Source of the DNA: Octopus sinensis | Lineage: Eukaryota | NCBI RefSeq assembly: GCF_006345805.1 | Contig: NC_042998.1 | Span: 138,074,001 to 138,138,000 of the forward strand | DNA: 64,000 nucleotides | Direction of reading: 5' to 3' | Shown here: one piece after another, positions 16,648 to 37,936 of the stretch | Layout: the number at the start of each line of letters is the position of its first letter | Numbering within the stretch: the stretch's first letter is position 1 | Notes under the pieces: generated by a model | Databases searched by the model: none | What the model was told of the DNA's origin: nothing | The model's input: the letters and a program-made list of their open reading frames with translations, nothing else | Translations under genes and position numbers: made by a program

Positions 16648-17339
16648 CACACACACACACACACACTCACACACACACACACACACACATACACACACAC
16701 ACACACTCACACACATCCACACACACACACATATATATACATATGTGTGTATAAAATGTCTGTTTGTATGTATGTGTGTCACTCTCTTTATGCATATCGC
16801 TGCTATTATATTAAACTGTCGTATGTCCAATTTTGGCCAAATACAATATTTTTCAATATTCAGTTTTGCTTGTAATAGCCGGTTCTTTTGGTCAAACCAT
16901 CGTTTCTTCAGCTGTTTCAGATGCCAAGATATGAAAATTGTTCAATGGTTTAGTATTTTTCAAAAGTGTAGTAAGCCCCACATACGACAGATTTGCAAAA
17001 CTATATCTGACTGAAAATATCATACATGCAAGGAGTTATGATTTCATGCACCCAAGCTGAAACTGTTGCTAATGTAACAAGAAGTGGAATAGTGTTTTCG
17101 GAGAAAGAAACGTTTTGGACTTACGGCACATTTGCACAATAGCAACGATATCTACGTATACACATACACACATATATGCGTGTGCATATGTGTTCATATA
17201 TACATGTACATATATATATATATCACCGTGATCACCGTGACCGACCAGGCTATCAGATGTTGCTACACATCGGTGATCACAATGCGCTTCGCATTGTTTT
17301 AGCCTTCAAATGACGCCACCCCGCTGGCTAAGCGAGGAA

Positions 17340-17426
<87 letters not shown>

Positions 17427-17514
17427 ATATGTGCCTATATATTTATACATATAAGCACATATATGAATATACATATAAATATATGTGTGTGTGTGTGTAT
17501 GTAAATGTAATGTG

Positions 17515-17660
17515 CATAAGAAGTTTGCTTCTCAACTTCAAGGTCCCAAGTTCAGTCTCACAGCTTGTTAGCATGGGCAAGTGTCTTCTACCATAGCCTC
17601 GGGCCAACAAAAGCCTTGTGAGTGAATTTTATAGACGGAATTCTAAAGAATTCAGTCGTG
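17515..17660 (+). mobile_element. SINE family B head (degenerate copy)
   Basis: Similar to 22703-22867: gttcagtc..catgggcaagtgtcttctaccatagcctcgggccaacaaaagccttgtgagt..tagacggaa. Confidence 0.7.
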
Positions 17661-17709
17661 TATACACACACACGCACACATGCATGTATATGTACACGCG
17701 CATATGTGT

Positions 17710-17765
<56 letters not shown>

Positions 17766-17899
17766 GCACACAAACACAACACACACACACATTTTTCTAT
17801 ATATTTTGTGCTTATTGTTCTGTTAGCACCAGATATTCTGGAAACTAATGGTAAAAGCATACTCTTTAATAACCCGCACAAGTGAATGTCAGAGTGCAC

Positions 17900-18545
17900 T
17901 GTTATTTGTGGAATTCCATCCATTCTTCCATCTTCTCCGCTTTCTGTTCCTCGGAGGGTCGTGGGTGTAGAGTCCTCACGCACCTCATTCATAGGGTCTA
18001 ATCAGAAACAATGGTCGTTACACTTTCCCAAGCGTGACCAAGTGAGACGATGGATATAATCTACCCATTTCACTCGTCGTTTACCCGTAGATCTCCTGCC
18101 GGTTGGCTCGGTTTGAAAGAGCTGTTTTACGATTCTTTCCTACGACATTCTAATCACATATCCATAGAACCGAAGCTATGACGTCTCATTGCGGTGAAGT
18201 AACAGCTCGATCTGGAGAGATTTCTCGACCTCCGAGATTCACACATTGTCAAGTAACGTTGCTTTCGAGACTCTCCATAGCAATCCTATTTCAACTGTTA
18301 TATTCGTGACCATACTCTTTTGATCATACTCTTTTAACATAGGTTAAAATAGGCACGGAAACCGAACTGAAGATAGGAAGTTTGGCTGTCTTGACAACTT
18401 CTGGTCATCTGAGGATTGAGTGCTGGATCTGGCGCGCTACTGTGCCAGCACTTTCAATTCTAGCATCTAATTTTAGCCTCCAGCCATCACACATGAACAC
18501 GGCTCCGAGGTGCTTAAACATCTCTACTTGCTTCAGTGATGTTCC
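17900..18545 (-). mobile_element. RTE-clade LINE 3' fragment (decayed)
   Basis: Manual translation gives LKQVEMFKHLGAVF...LRFYGYVIRMS*ERIVKQLFQTEPTGRRSTGKRRVKWVDYI, an RTE RT-thumb and C-terminus, ending in a GATGGA-type tail. Confidence 0.78.
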
Positions 18546-21421
18546 TCTCAATATTTGTGCAATTGTATTCTTACATTACCTATGCTGATTGGTTTGTGAT
18601 ATTTAAAGTTAATCTGTTTCTGTTTTAAGGATTATATTCCTTCCAAGTGGTATCCATATCGCAGATGTAACAAATCTTCTTTAAGGGTACATCCAAAAAG
18701 AAAATGATTTTACCTGCGTTAGCTGAATCACTTTAACTACCTTTGATGTTTTGATTATGTTGGATTTCACTTATTGCACCTGCGTTGTTACATTAAATTT
18801 ATCACCTTCATTTGTGATGTCACCACTGGACATGACACCTCGTGAATACTGAATTTAATTAACACTAGGATTAATTTTACTTTGCATCCCAATGCAGACG
18901 ATAAAGTTATACAATATGTGTATGTTATAGTAACGTCAGTTTCATAAATTAAGCATGAAATCCTACCTGTATGTAATTATTCAAGAGTATATTGAACATA
19001 AAGTTTGTAATTGGTTTGATGTGCAGGGAGTTCTGTTTAATAATGTATTTGATGGATATTTCCACCATTTTGTTTTAATTCAAGTGCATTTTCAATTTAT
19101 ATTTCATGTGTTACTTAGGCTTGATGTTCCTTATCGAGGTTTTCTCGTTTTACCATAGGGGTTTTCACTAGCTGAGTATATAAATCAGTTTGTGTCACTA
19201 AACTATAATTCTATCTCCTGAATCGTTTGATAGAAATTACATTTGTTAATTCCTTCCAAGCCTTTATGCCATTAAATTTCTGACATCTTCAATGTAGCAA
19301 CTGCCATTATATAAGTTGGTAACTTAAAAAAATAATATATTTCCTGTGAGAAGAGTTAACTTATTCATCCAAGTGTAATATGAAGTGTTTCATTTACTAA
19401 TTTTTCTCATGAAGTATCTGTTATTTTGTTGGAATGCATGACACATTACTGAGTTTAGCCCTTATCAACTGAAAATGATGGTTATCACTTATGCCAAGGA
19501 GGAAAATTACTTAAAATTTTTTGCTGAAAGACATTTTATTTTCGGTGTGAATCGAAATTAATCGGCCTAGTACATTACAGGTATTTACCCTGCAGAAACA
19601 CAAATTTAAGCGATTTATTACTGGTTCAGTAATCGGATCCACGGTTTATATTTCAAAGAAATATTGCTTTTGAAACACATTTTACTTACTTCTATGTTTT
19701 TTTTCGATGCATTTTTTAAATGTGACAAAGAAAGGAAATATTTTCTTATCTTTCTCTATTTGGATATATTAACCAATCAGTTGTTTCTGCTTTCTAATTA
19801 TCTACTTTTTATTTCAAGCAAAACATTTTTTTATCCAACTCATCTGAACGTCATGTTATTTTTTTTTACCGCCTTCTTTTGACATCCCCACGAAAACTAT
19901 TACAATATTCTAGAAATTATTGAAAACCACAATCAATCATATTTCGTTTTTTTCTCTCCTTGTCTACCAATCTTAAAATATTTTCCATTCTTTATTCACT
20001 CCAGTTTCTTAAGGCCTGATCATATTTAAGTATAATGTTTCATGCAAATATTTTTTCTTCTCTCTTTTGTTTTAAAATTTATTTTCCTCTATATTAAATT
20101 CAACAGAAATATTTTTGTGTTTTACGACCAAATTAACATTTTACATTGTTTGTTGAAAGAAACACAACTTTTATATTTTAAAAAATAAATAAATAAATAA
20201 ATGGCAAAAATCTAAAACAAAATTATAACTGGAGCAAGACAGAATTGTATAAATATGATATTAAGAGCTAAATATGAATATTATATTATGACAACCAGGG
20301 AAGCTTTAGAAAGTATTTTTTAAAACCTATTTTTATGATGCTCGCGCATTCCGCCAAGAATGAGAAGGCTTCAGATGTGAGGTAGGTTAAATGTGAACAT
20401 ACTAATCTGAGTATTCTGACCATTGCAATAAGATTAACTTGAACATTATTCCATATATAAATATCATATATTCATAAAGATCTATTTTTATATTAAACAA
20501 ATAATATAAGTATAAAACTGATTGAAATATAAGCTAATATATAAATAGGAACAAAATACATTTTTAAATAAATGAAATGGGGAATAGGCGATTGAATCAA
20601 CCCCGTTTACGGCTAGTAAGTATTCTTTATCAAATCTAGTGGAATAAAAAATAAGATCAAATTTGATGCTGTTCGAACGTAGAATGTACTGTGCCGCTTT
20701 TGCCAACTGATAGTCTGTCCATGAAAATTTATTAAAACTAAACTCTGGTTACAAAATATAAAAAATGTCAGTGGTTGGTAGAATACTTGTGTTTCGGAAA
20801 GTCATACTAAGGAATAGGAATGTAGCATATACTTCTGTATATCAATGGTTAAGCATGCAAAAGTGAAGAATTATCACAATTGTTAGCACGCCGGACGCAA
20901 TGCTTAGCGGCACTTCCTCCACCTTAATGTTTTGAGTTCATTTTTCTTTCGGGGTCGATAAAATAGGTACCAGTTGAGTACTGGTGTCGACGTAATCGAC
21001 TAGCCTCCTCCCTACAAATTTTTGGCCTTGTGCCTACAGCAGAAAGAAATATTTAAACATGAAGTATATTATTAAACATATGGAAATTTTGTTAGGAGAG
21101 ACCACGATGATGTTTCCCTTCCAGGTTGAAATCCCGTAAAGACTTCATTTTTATTATTATTACTGCGGAGATAGGAGTGATAGACTTCTGCTAGTTTCCC
21201 CACTTCCTCGAGATGATTGGACATTAGCGTTTCTTCAAACGCAAACTGCATTTCAAGTGACAAATGTTTGTTTAAATCTGAATGAAGAAGATTTATTGCT
21301 TTCTGATCTCGTAAAACGTGGTAACTTAAAACCATATACGCCATTCTAAAATATTGATAGATCCATCAAATTCAAACCTGGTCTCCAAACTCTTCATACG
21401 TTAAGGGTGATATAGGGACAG

Positions 21422-21470
<49 letters not shown>

Positions 21471-21524
21471 ATATATATATTTATGTGTACATACATACAC
21501 ACAGACATACATATAGAGGTGACT

Positions 21525-21674
21525 CTGTCGTAAGAAGTTTGCTTTTCATCCAGACGGGTCCGGGTTCAGTCCTTCAGCGTGGCACCTTGGGCAAGTGTCT
21601 TCTACTGTATGTAGCCTTGGGCCAACCAATCCTCGTGAGTAGATTTGGTAGACAGAAACTGAAAGAAGCCCGTC

Positions 21675-21719
<45 letters not shown>

Positions 21720-22488
21720 TATCGATAAAATTTACTTGGAAGAGGATGCGTGGCGTTAATAATATATATTTATATATGCATATATACACACGTATATATA
21801 TACATACATCTATACGTATATATATATGCATATCTGGGCACATGAAGTCATGAGACGTGTACAACAAAAATGTACGAAGCACAAGTGCATAAAACATGAA
21901 CTATTCTCTCGAACAACAAAGACACAAATGGAAAACAAAACAAACAGCATAAAGAATGACCCTTCATCAGTTGTTGGCTGTTTTTCTAGTCTCGTATTTC
22001 GAGCAAACAGCCAACAACTAATGAAGGTTCGTTCTTTATGTTGTTTATTTTGTTTTCCATTTGTGTCTTTCGTTGTTCGAAAGAATAGTTCATGTTCCAT
22101 ATACTCATGCTTCGTACGTTTTTCTTGTACACGTTTCGTGACGTCCGGTGCCCACATATGCATATATATATATATACGTATAGATGTAAGTATGTACATA
22201 TGCGTATGTATATATGCATATGTAAATATATATTATTTATATTATATATATATGTATATATATATGTGTGTGTCTTTATGTTTGCATGTGGCCACCCGTC
22301 ACCGTTTGACAACTGGTGTTGGTGTGTTTACGTCCCCGTATTGTAGCGGTTCGCAAAAAAGTGATCAATATAATAAATACTAGGATTAAGAAATAAGTCC
22401 TGGGATCGATTTCTTCCACTAAAACCCTTGAAGGCAGTGCTCCAGCATGGCTGCAGTCATACGACTGAAACAAGTAAAAGAATAAAAG

Positions 22489-22490
<2 letters not shown>
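21525..22490 (+). mobile_element. SINE family B copy whose internal (TA)n linker contains a fold-back insertion
   Basis: Head 21525-21676 and tail ~22270-22490 match the uninterrupted copy at 22703-23163. Confidence 0.75.
21801..22192. repeat. ~390-bp fold-back inverted repeat (arms ~185 bp, 21-nt spacer)
   Basis: 21801-21983 is the diverged reverse complement of 22005-22192. A single arm recurs at ~34160-34320. Confidence 0.85.
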
Positions 22491-22529
<39 letters not shown>

Positions 22530-22702
22530 CCAATTATAAAATTAATGTCAAAGAATAGGATTTATGCAATGACTTTCATTAGCTTGCAGCTGTTTCTACT
22601 GTAAAGAAACTTGTACCCAAAGTTTAGTGTCAGTGTGGCATTCTTATAACTTCCTCAGACCCATTTCAATGAAAACATTTCGTTATCACAATGGCTATAT
22701 AT

Positions 22703-22876
22703 AGAGGCGCGGGTGTGGTTGTGTGGTAAGAAGCTTGCTTCCCAACCATATGGTTCCGGGTTCAGTCCCACTGTGTGCCTCCTTGGGCAAGTGTCTTCTA
22801 CTATAGCCTCGGCCACCAAAGCCTTGTGAGTGGATTTGGTAGATGGAAACTGAAAGAAGCCTGTGGTATATATATA

Positions 22877-22951
<75 letters not shown>

Positions 22952-23163
22952 TTGTGCCTCTGTGTTTGTCTCCCTCACCATCGCTTGACAACCGATATTG
23001 GTGTGTTTACGTACCCGTAACGTACAGGTTCGGCAAAAGAAGCCGATAATATAAGTACTGAGCTTACAAAGAAGAAGTCCTGGCGGTCGATTTGTTTGAC
23101 AAAAGGCGGTGCTGCAGCATGGCCGCAGTCAAATTACTGAAAGCAAATAAAAGAATAAAAGAA
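22703..23163 (+). mobile_element. SINE family B reference copy: tRNA-like head, CCTTGGGCAAGT core-like box, internal (TA)n, tail ending in (AAAAGAAT)n
   Basis: A-box-like ggttgtgtggt, B-box-like gggttcagtccc, ccttgggcaagtg similar to the CORE-SINE motif, and a 3' tail cagcatggccgcagtc..aaaagaataaaaga. Further copies at ~28383-28945 and ~34775-35686. Confidence 0.75.
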
Positions 23164-24059
23164 TATATATTGATTCCGCTGAGTCAGAGTAGAAAGTAGG
23201 TGTATTGCCAATACAGTCTTCAACTCGAATTCCTGGTTGCATGCACTCTCATACTGGATCTTTGAGAAAAATAAAAAAGAAACTGAACGACCGCTGATGC
23301 AGAAGCCCCGGGAACATGACTGGTGAAAGCAGTGGTTAAGTCTTACCAAGAGTAATGAATATATCGTACAAGTAAGATAGCTCACAATGTAAAAACGTAC
23401 ATTTTGATGCTACTCTGAGGGAGTGCTGCTACAATTTAATCAACCTCACGTATTGCGCAACTTTTCACATAGAATCATTTACGCGCAATGATTCAAACGG
23501 AGCGATACAGAAAAAATGTGACGAATAATATAAGTTATGCTACATTCTTTCCTTGTCTTCTTACATGTAATACACACAGAGACACACGTGTGTGTGTATA
23601 AAACGGAAATACAGTTCAGAGAAACAGAGACCACTGTAGTTGTCACAGAAGATGTATAAGAGTGACAATACATTTCTCGACTAGTGGTCATAGCCTGTTT
23701 GTGAATGAAGATATTTCCTCTCTCCTCACATGGATATATAATATGCTATTACATAGAATACATGCTTTCCTCTTACCCGACTTATAGCATACCAACATTG
23801 CCTAATTTTATTAGATTTCTGTAGCAAATACAATAAAATAACAATGAGATTGAGACAAGAAATTCAAATAATTATTGAAATAGAAAATAAATTATTCTTT
23901 GTTTTGTTTTTCGTTCGACGTCGAGAAAACAATTAGCCAATCAGAGAAAGCTTGAAAAAAACCCCCAAAAGACATTACTGGTTAGATGTAATGTTTTATT
24001 AATGTATCGCGTGAAATGCACATCCATTCATTCACAGATCATACACATGAAATAAAATA

Positions 24060-30060
<6,001 letters not shown>

Positions 30061-30092
30061 TTATATGTAACAATAATATTAATTTTTTTATT

Positions 30093-30460
30093 ATAGGCAC
30101 AAGGCCTGAAATTTTGGGGAAAGAGATTAATCGGTTGCATCGACCCCAGTGTTTCATTGATACTTAATTTATCGGCCTCGAGAGGCAAAGTCGGCGGAAT
30201 TTAACTCAGAACGTAGAGGCAGGCAGATGAAATACCTATTTCTTTGCTACCCAGAAGGGGCTAAACACAGAGAGGACAAACAAGGACAGACAAACGGATT
30301 AAATCGATTATATCGACCCCGGTGCGTAACTGGTACTTATTTAATCGACCCCGAAATGATGAAAGACAAAGTCGACCTCGGCGGAATTTGAACTCATAAC
30401 GTAGCGGCAGACGAAAAGCATTTCGTCCTCCGCGCTAACGATTCTGTCAGCTCGCAGCCT
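30093..30460 (-). mobile_element. SINE family A (tRNA-derived), near full-length
   Basis: Minus-strand head gagctgacagaatcgttagc..gagttcaaattcc (A/B boxes) and body with the ggcaaagtcgacctcggcggaatttgaac and cgat..aatcgac motifs. Many degenerate copies at ~4130-5110, 8830-8920, 9985-10190, 15400-16260, 20880-21050, 32560-32760, 41230-41430, 41980-42320, 43260-43460, 44870-45060 and 53860-54390. Confidence 0.85.
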
Positions 30461-30463
30461 TCC

Positions 30464-30523
<60 letters not shown>

Positions 30524-30652
30524 TATTCATTATATATATACATATATATCATACATACATGCATATATATATATATGTATGTATATACATACATACTACA
30601 TATATATATATACACACACACATACAGTATATCTATATATACAACATTCTAC

Positions 30653-30693
<41 letters not shown>

Positions 30694-31891
30694 GTACATA
30701 CACACGCACACACACGAACACCCCACCACACACACGTGTCGGTCCAAAGCGTAGATTGACGGAATTATCTGTATACATTCCGGTTTTTTGTTAAGATGTT
30801 CAATCTTTTTGTTTATTATGAATTACTGAATACGAGACCAATGTAAAAATTAGGAACTGCTTATGACTCTCCAGTGTATTTCCAAATCTCCTGTAGAGTT
30901 TTTTTCATTAGAGCTCTATATTTCGAACGATCTGGGAGAACCATTTTAGACATATAACGCTTGTGATATAAAACTGATATTTTAACCTAAATTTTGCTGT
31001 TGAAAGCTAAGACGCGCATAGAAAAAAATGCTTTATATATATCGCCTTTAAAAAATATTATACTTATAATTGTAAACAAGGTATTGGTTTGTTATAAAGA
31101 ATCATCTCCACAAACGCTGGAAGTTTGGTAACAGCGGTAAAAATAATTTAGTTATCAGCAACAATAAATAATTTAGTGTTAAATTTTTATTGTGCATTTT
31201 TTTCCTGTTTTGCTTACAAATTGTATCTAACAAATGCAGTCTTTGATAGTTACTTTCTTTGCCTAAAATTTCTAAATTTTCGAGATTATTGCTCACACAT
31301 TTAAGAACATAAACCATGTATGCCAAGGATTATGGGTATAAATGCAAATTTGTAATCTAAATAGAGGTACTGTAGGTATTGTTTCAGGTATCTATTGTTG
31401 TCATTTATTTCAGGCATTAAAAAATAAAACAGAGAAAAAGAAAATCGTTTATATCATGGTGAATAGCTGACCTCATTAAAAGTACAATTTTCATTTTTCT
31501 CTCTATATTTGGCATCTTGTGTTGTACGGATGCTCTAGATCAATTTTTCTAATTCCTTTCCAATCCAGCAGCAATGCATTTTCAATGGAAGTTAGAGAAC
31601 ATCACCTGAGTGGTCTTGAAATTAGTAAGTAAACAAGCAAGCAAATAAAAATAAGTATATAAGTATGTATGTATATACATCTATTGGCAACAATATCATT
31701 ATGTATGAGAATTTGCACATATGTATATGCATACCTGCTTGTGTGTATATATAAATATATAACATATTTATTAACTTTTACAAGAAGGCTGATGGTGACT
31801 TCGAAGATGCGGCTTTACTTGCCTTCAGATTTCTGCCCAAAAGCCTCGTTTAATGCTAATTTTTTTCTATATATATCTTGACATAAAAGCA

Positions 31892-31922
<31 letters not shown>

Positions 31923-33176
31923 CATACACACATACAATACATACATATACACATGCTACATCATGTATATACACCTACATAATGGACTCTTCCATCAATT
32001 GTTTTTACATTTAATTTGACGTAAAAACAAACTCTAATATAAATATATCTATTTATGTGCGCGTGTATATGTATAGATGCATGTCTATCTTTGTGCATAA
32101 TAACATGCCACATGATAAACCACTGGAATGTATTACATAATTTTACAGTTCCATTAATGACATTTAATGGCAAGTGTTTAATTAATATATTTATGCATAA
32201 ATATATTAATGAAGCGTGTGGCACATGCGCGTGCCTGAAAACAAATGCATAAAGCAGATGCGTATTTAACTAGTCCGTGAGTAAATAAATGGAAAGTATG
32301 TGATAAGCGAACATATCTAGTGCATCAATGCTAAAAATTATATTCAACTATAATAAGCACATAATCAATCATTCAATAATTGCCTCTCTGGGAATCGAAC
32401 TATAGATTTTTACCAATCTGATATTACCCCCGCCTCTATTTTGCTACCGATATGATTGTAGACATTTCGATATCAGTAATATTTCTACGTAATAAATATC
32501 AAGTTAAATCGTATGTTATATATTTGTTATATTTGAATACAAAATAGTAATATTAGTTTCAACTTTTGACACAAAGCCAGTTATATCGGGGGAGGGTGGA
32601 AAGCCGATTACAACGATCCCCTTCCTCATTGCTCAACTGGTCCCGAAAGGATGAAAGGCAAAGTCAACCTCAGTAAAATTTGAAATCATAACGTAAAGAC
32701 GGACGAAATGCTGCTAAGCATTTTGCTAACGATTATGCTAACCATTCAGCCAGCCCACCACCTTATATAATCCGCGTGAAATTATTCACATTCATATCTC
32801 TAATACACAAGCAAGCACATATATCATTGCATAATATGTATATAATACGTATATATATAAATGCGATATAATCATATATATATATATGTATGTGTGTGTG
32901 TGTGTGTGTGTTGTGTGTGTGTGTGTGTTTGTGTGTGTGTATGTGTGTGTGTGTGTAAATGTAATATGTGACAATTATTCGGTAGCCAGGATAAAACTCC
33001 GAGTTTTTCCGATGGCCAGATAACTGAAGAGATGACGGCGTGGATTTCCACCTCGGCATGCGAAACTCGGAGTTTTATCATAGCTACCAAATAATTGTCA
33101 CATATTACATTTACAGATATATTCCTCTATTTACATATATCGAGGTCTTTCATTCTTTGTTGTCTTACCATTTTTA

Positions 33177-33254
<78 letters not shown>

Positions 33255-34066
33255 ATGATACATAAATGCATTCACAGACACGTATAACTATGATATATAT
33301 GTTTGAGTGTGTCTTAGTGTGTGTCTTCATGCGAGTTTGTATGTGTGTCTGTGTATCTATTTCGTAATAATGTGTGCCTCAATGTAACGTATAATATGAA
33401 TGAAAGATATGAATGTATGAATACCGTTTGGACTGCAATTAAAGGGCTTAATGGTAATTCCTTTTCTTATATAGCTTATATAATTTCTAATGGTTTTGAT
33501 TATAGAGGTTGGTCTACTGAATAGGTTCAGGCATATTATGGTTTCATCACAAACGAGCGTATTATATACATATACACTGATACAACTAGCTAAATGCAAT
33601 ACATACAGACGTACGCACATGCACCTGTATACACGCGCAAACAAAAGTATATATGCCTGTGATGTATGTATACATATATGAAAGTTTGTGTGCGCGTTTA
33701 TATATGCCTATGCATCTGTGTATATGTAAATCCTTATACACACATATATGCAAACATAAGTATATGTATCCGCATATTCACAAACATATATTTACAATTT
33801 CAGACCCACATACACACATGTATGCATGTATAACATGTAAGCATTATACATACATTATAGGTACACACATACACATATTTATACATACACATTTATGCAT
33901 ACATGCATACATGTAAATATATACACATCACATATGTATAGATTAATATAAATACACACACGTATTATATAGGGATGCGTTTATATAAATGTATATATAC
34001 ACAGTCACATGTACACACAATACACATGCTCGTTTATATATATGCATGTATATCTCTGTTTCTATC

Positions 34067-34098
<32 letters not shown>

Positions 34099-34124
34099 TG
34101 TATGTATGTATGTATGTATGTATG

Positions 34125-34163
<39 letters not shown>

Positions 34164-34794
34164 CTTGTTTCCCATTTGTGTCTTTCGTTGTTCGAAAAAA
34201 TTGTTCATATTCCATGTACTCGTACTTCGGATTTTTTGTTGTGCACGTTTCATGACGTCCTGTGCCCACATATGCATATGTATGTATGTATAGATGTAAG
34301 TATGTACATATACGTATGTATATATGCATATATATATATATATATATAAAGAAAAGGAAAAGATACTTGTAAAGTAGATTTTCACGCAAAGTTATTTTGG
34401 TCTCGTTGAGATATCAGAAGTCGAATAGGCTGATATCGACGGGCTAAAATAAAACTTATTGAAACCTGGATCAAAACAGTTACCTCGGCTTACCTGCATG
34501 TTTTTATATTCTTACGCGTTATTCTTTGATAGCTGATATCATGTAAGTTGCGAAATGATGACTATATTTTATATAAATTGATCTCATTACATTTAGAAAT
34601 ATATTACATCTTCTGGGAGTAACAAGTTCACTTCCTTCATGTTAATTTCCATATATGCATGTTATACATTTATATAACATACTCACTTATGAAAAGGAGC
34701 ATTTCCGAATGTTCATTGCATGTATGTATGTATGTACATATGTACAAACCTATGTTTTGTGAAAGAAATATATGGAAACTGAAAGAAGCCCGTC

Positions 34795-34847
<53 letters not shown>

Positions 34848-34941
34848 TATATATATATATATATAATTACTTGAGGGAATATAAATCCAAACTTACAGGG
34901 GAAAAAAATTCAATTTAGAAATACTAATCAAATTTCACACA

Positions 34942-35293
34942 ATATAATATATATATAAAAAATTAGAAAAAAACAGTTTTATCAATTCAAAATGAGCAAT
35001 TAAATTACACCATCCAGAAAATTACATATATTAGAAATATTAAAATTGAAATAACAATAAAATTTCAATGATTAAGTAAATTGCAAAAAAATAATAAAAA
35101 CGTATATAATTGGTATATATACCAATTATATACTTTTTCTATTATTTTTTTGCAATTTACTACATCATTGAAATTTTATTGCTATTCTAATTTTAATGTT
35201 TCTAATATATGTAATTTTCTGGATGGTGTAATTTAATTGTGCATTTTGAATTAATAAAAGGTGTTTTTTTCTAATTTTATATATATATTATAT
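34942..35293. repeat. ~350-bp spacerless AT-rich palindrome (fold-back)
   Basis: Perfect 32-bp palindrome gtatataattggtata|tataccaattatatac at 35102-35133; the arms continue with high identity to ~34942 and ~35293. Confidence 0.9.
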
Positions 35294-36813
35294 ATATATA
35301 TATACATACATACATACATACATATATATACATATATATACATATATACATATATATATATATACATACATACATATACATATATACATATACATACATA
35401 TGTATACATATATACATATACATACATATATATACATATATATTTATATATGTATGTGTGTGTATATGTTTGTGTGTCTGAGCTTGTTCCCCAACATCGT
35501 TTGACAACCGATGCTGGTGTGCTTACGTCCCCGTAACTTAGCAGGTAGGCAGAAGAGACCGAGAGAATAAGTACTAGGCTTACAAAAAAATAAGTCCTGG
35601 GATCGATTTACTCGACTAATGTTGGTGCTCCAGCATAGCTGCAGTGAAATGACTGAAACAAGTAAAAGAATAAAAGAATAAAAGAGTATATATATATATA
35701 TGCACCTGTATTTATATTTGTGGTTGTTTGGTCTATCTATCTGTTTATTCATATCACTTCATACACGTATATATATCATGGACTCTCCCGTCTTTAGTCG
35801 ACGCATGAGCGTTCGGCAATTTCTTGCCAAACAAACACACAGGTGATTTGTTTATTATGATCAAATGTTTGTGTTCACATAAATCACTCCCTCCTTCAAA
35901 TCGACATTACCTGTATAGGTGCACCATGTGCCACATGCCAGATGACGAAATGATCGCAGAGTAACGTGAAATGAAGTGCTTTGCTCAAGAACCCAACGCA
36001 ACGCTCGGTCTGGGAATCGAAACCACCATCTAGCAATCGTGAGTGCAACACTCTAAGTACTAAGCCATGTTTTTTTTTGTTTTTATGTTGATTTTAGTAA
36101 AAAGAATTTTACACTGAACTGAAGAATTACGCAGTCCTTTTTTTAAAGAGTATGTATTTATTATTCTTTCACAAGAAGAGTGGTGAATAGTAACTTCGAT
36201 GTTTTGGGTGTGTGATGAAGGCTAGCACCTCGAAGTAATTCTGCATAGGTTCAAAACTTTTCAAGAAGATCATACGTAAGCTCAATGATTTTGAAAATCT
36301 TGTATCTGTTTCATTACTTTATTGCGTAAGATTCTGAATGTCATCTAAGTTTATTATGATTTATTTGCAGGAAACAATTGTGAGTGAATCGACGTTCTTG
36401 GAGTAACCGAAGAATGTTAGCGATTTTATCGAAAGCAATTTATCCAAATTATTAGGAATTCACGTATGTATATATGCATCTACACACACACACACACATC
36501 ATACCTGCGGCTCTTCTACCTGAAAAATAAATTCCAATTTATGCCAGCAGTTTTCGGTGCACTTGGTTATTGACAATATGGGAAAGCTGTTTAAGAGACA
36601 GGCTAACACGAACTTTACATATACTATCTGTGAGGGGAACGGTAAAAATATGTAAGGCTTTTCTAAGGTTCTATACGTAACACTAATCACTGTTGATATC
36701 TAAATTGCAGTGATGTAACTTTCGTTTCTTTATCAAATACCAGCTTCTTCCTTCTATGAAGCATTCTGATAAATAGAAACAAAAACAGACAAACTCTCTC
36801 TCTCTTACTTTTT

Positions 36814-36879
<66 letters not shown>

Positions 36880-37905
36880 TAATTACACGCAAACACACAT
36901 GCACAAACACATACAAACACACATGCACAAACACATACAAACGCACACATACATACACACAAACACACACACACACACACACAAACGCATACACACAAAC
37001 ACACACATACAACACACACACACAAACGCACACACACACCCAGACACCTATGTATGCATGTAGGTGTGGATCTCATTGTTGAGTGGATCCATATGTTTTG
37101 ACTTATTGTTATATACGTACAGACATACATGTTTGTCTACACGTATATATATTCACTTATTATAGGATAAATTTCTGGTGTTTTACAAATTTTGCATGTA
37201 AGAGTGTATGTATGTGTGCATGCGTGCAACTTTAAATTTCATTGCATATATTATAAATTAATGTATGTAAGTTTAAGTGAGTGTGTGTTTGTTTGTTTGT
37301 ATGTGTGCGTGTGCGTGTGTAAGGATGTATGTATGTTGTTGGAAATGTTTAACTTTTACCGAATTAACGACTGTCACAAATCGGATGGCCATTGGGTCCA
37401 TTCCGTTATTGCGGTTCACGGATATGAGAACTGGTGTGTGCATTTAACATGTGTGTGTATGTGTCTGTGCGTGTGAGTGCACGCAGGGGAAACTTGCAAT
37501 TATGTAGTGGATGTATACATCACTTTATTATGCAGGTGTGTATGTGTGTGTCTGTCTGTGCGCCATTACTGTTTACGTGTGTATATCTTATGTTTACAAA
37601 TAGTATGTATATGGTCAACCCAAAAAACTCAGATGGATGATCCCTGGGATCTTTCTACACATTTTCACTGTGCCTCTAATCGATTGTATTGGAAGAATGC
37701 GAATCCATTTGCTTTGTATGTATGTATGTATGAACGTGTGTATGTATGAATGTGTGAACGAGTGAATGCATGTATGCATGTATGGGTGCGTGTTTATACA
37801 CACGTATATGAATATTTATATGTATGCACGAACGTACATATGTATATGAAATTTATACCTGTATGTATGTATGTATGTATGTATGTATGTATGTATGTAT
37901 GTATG

Positions 37906-37936
<31 letters not shown>

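Noticed and set aside
18950-19330. Possible decayed Penelope GIY-YIG on the minus strand
   Set aside because: Only a weak TSSLS-like resemblance with many stops.
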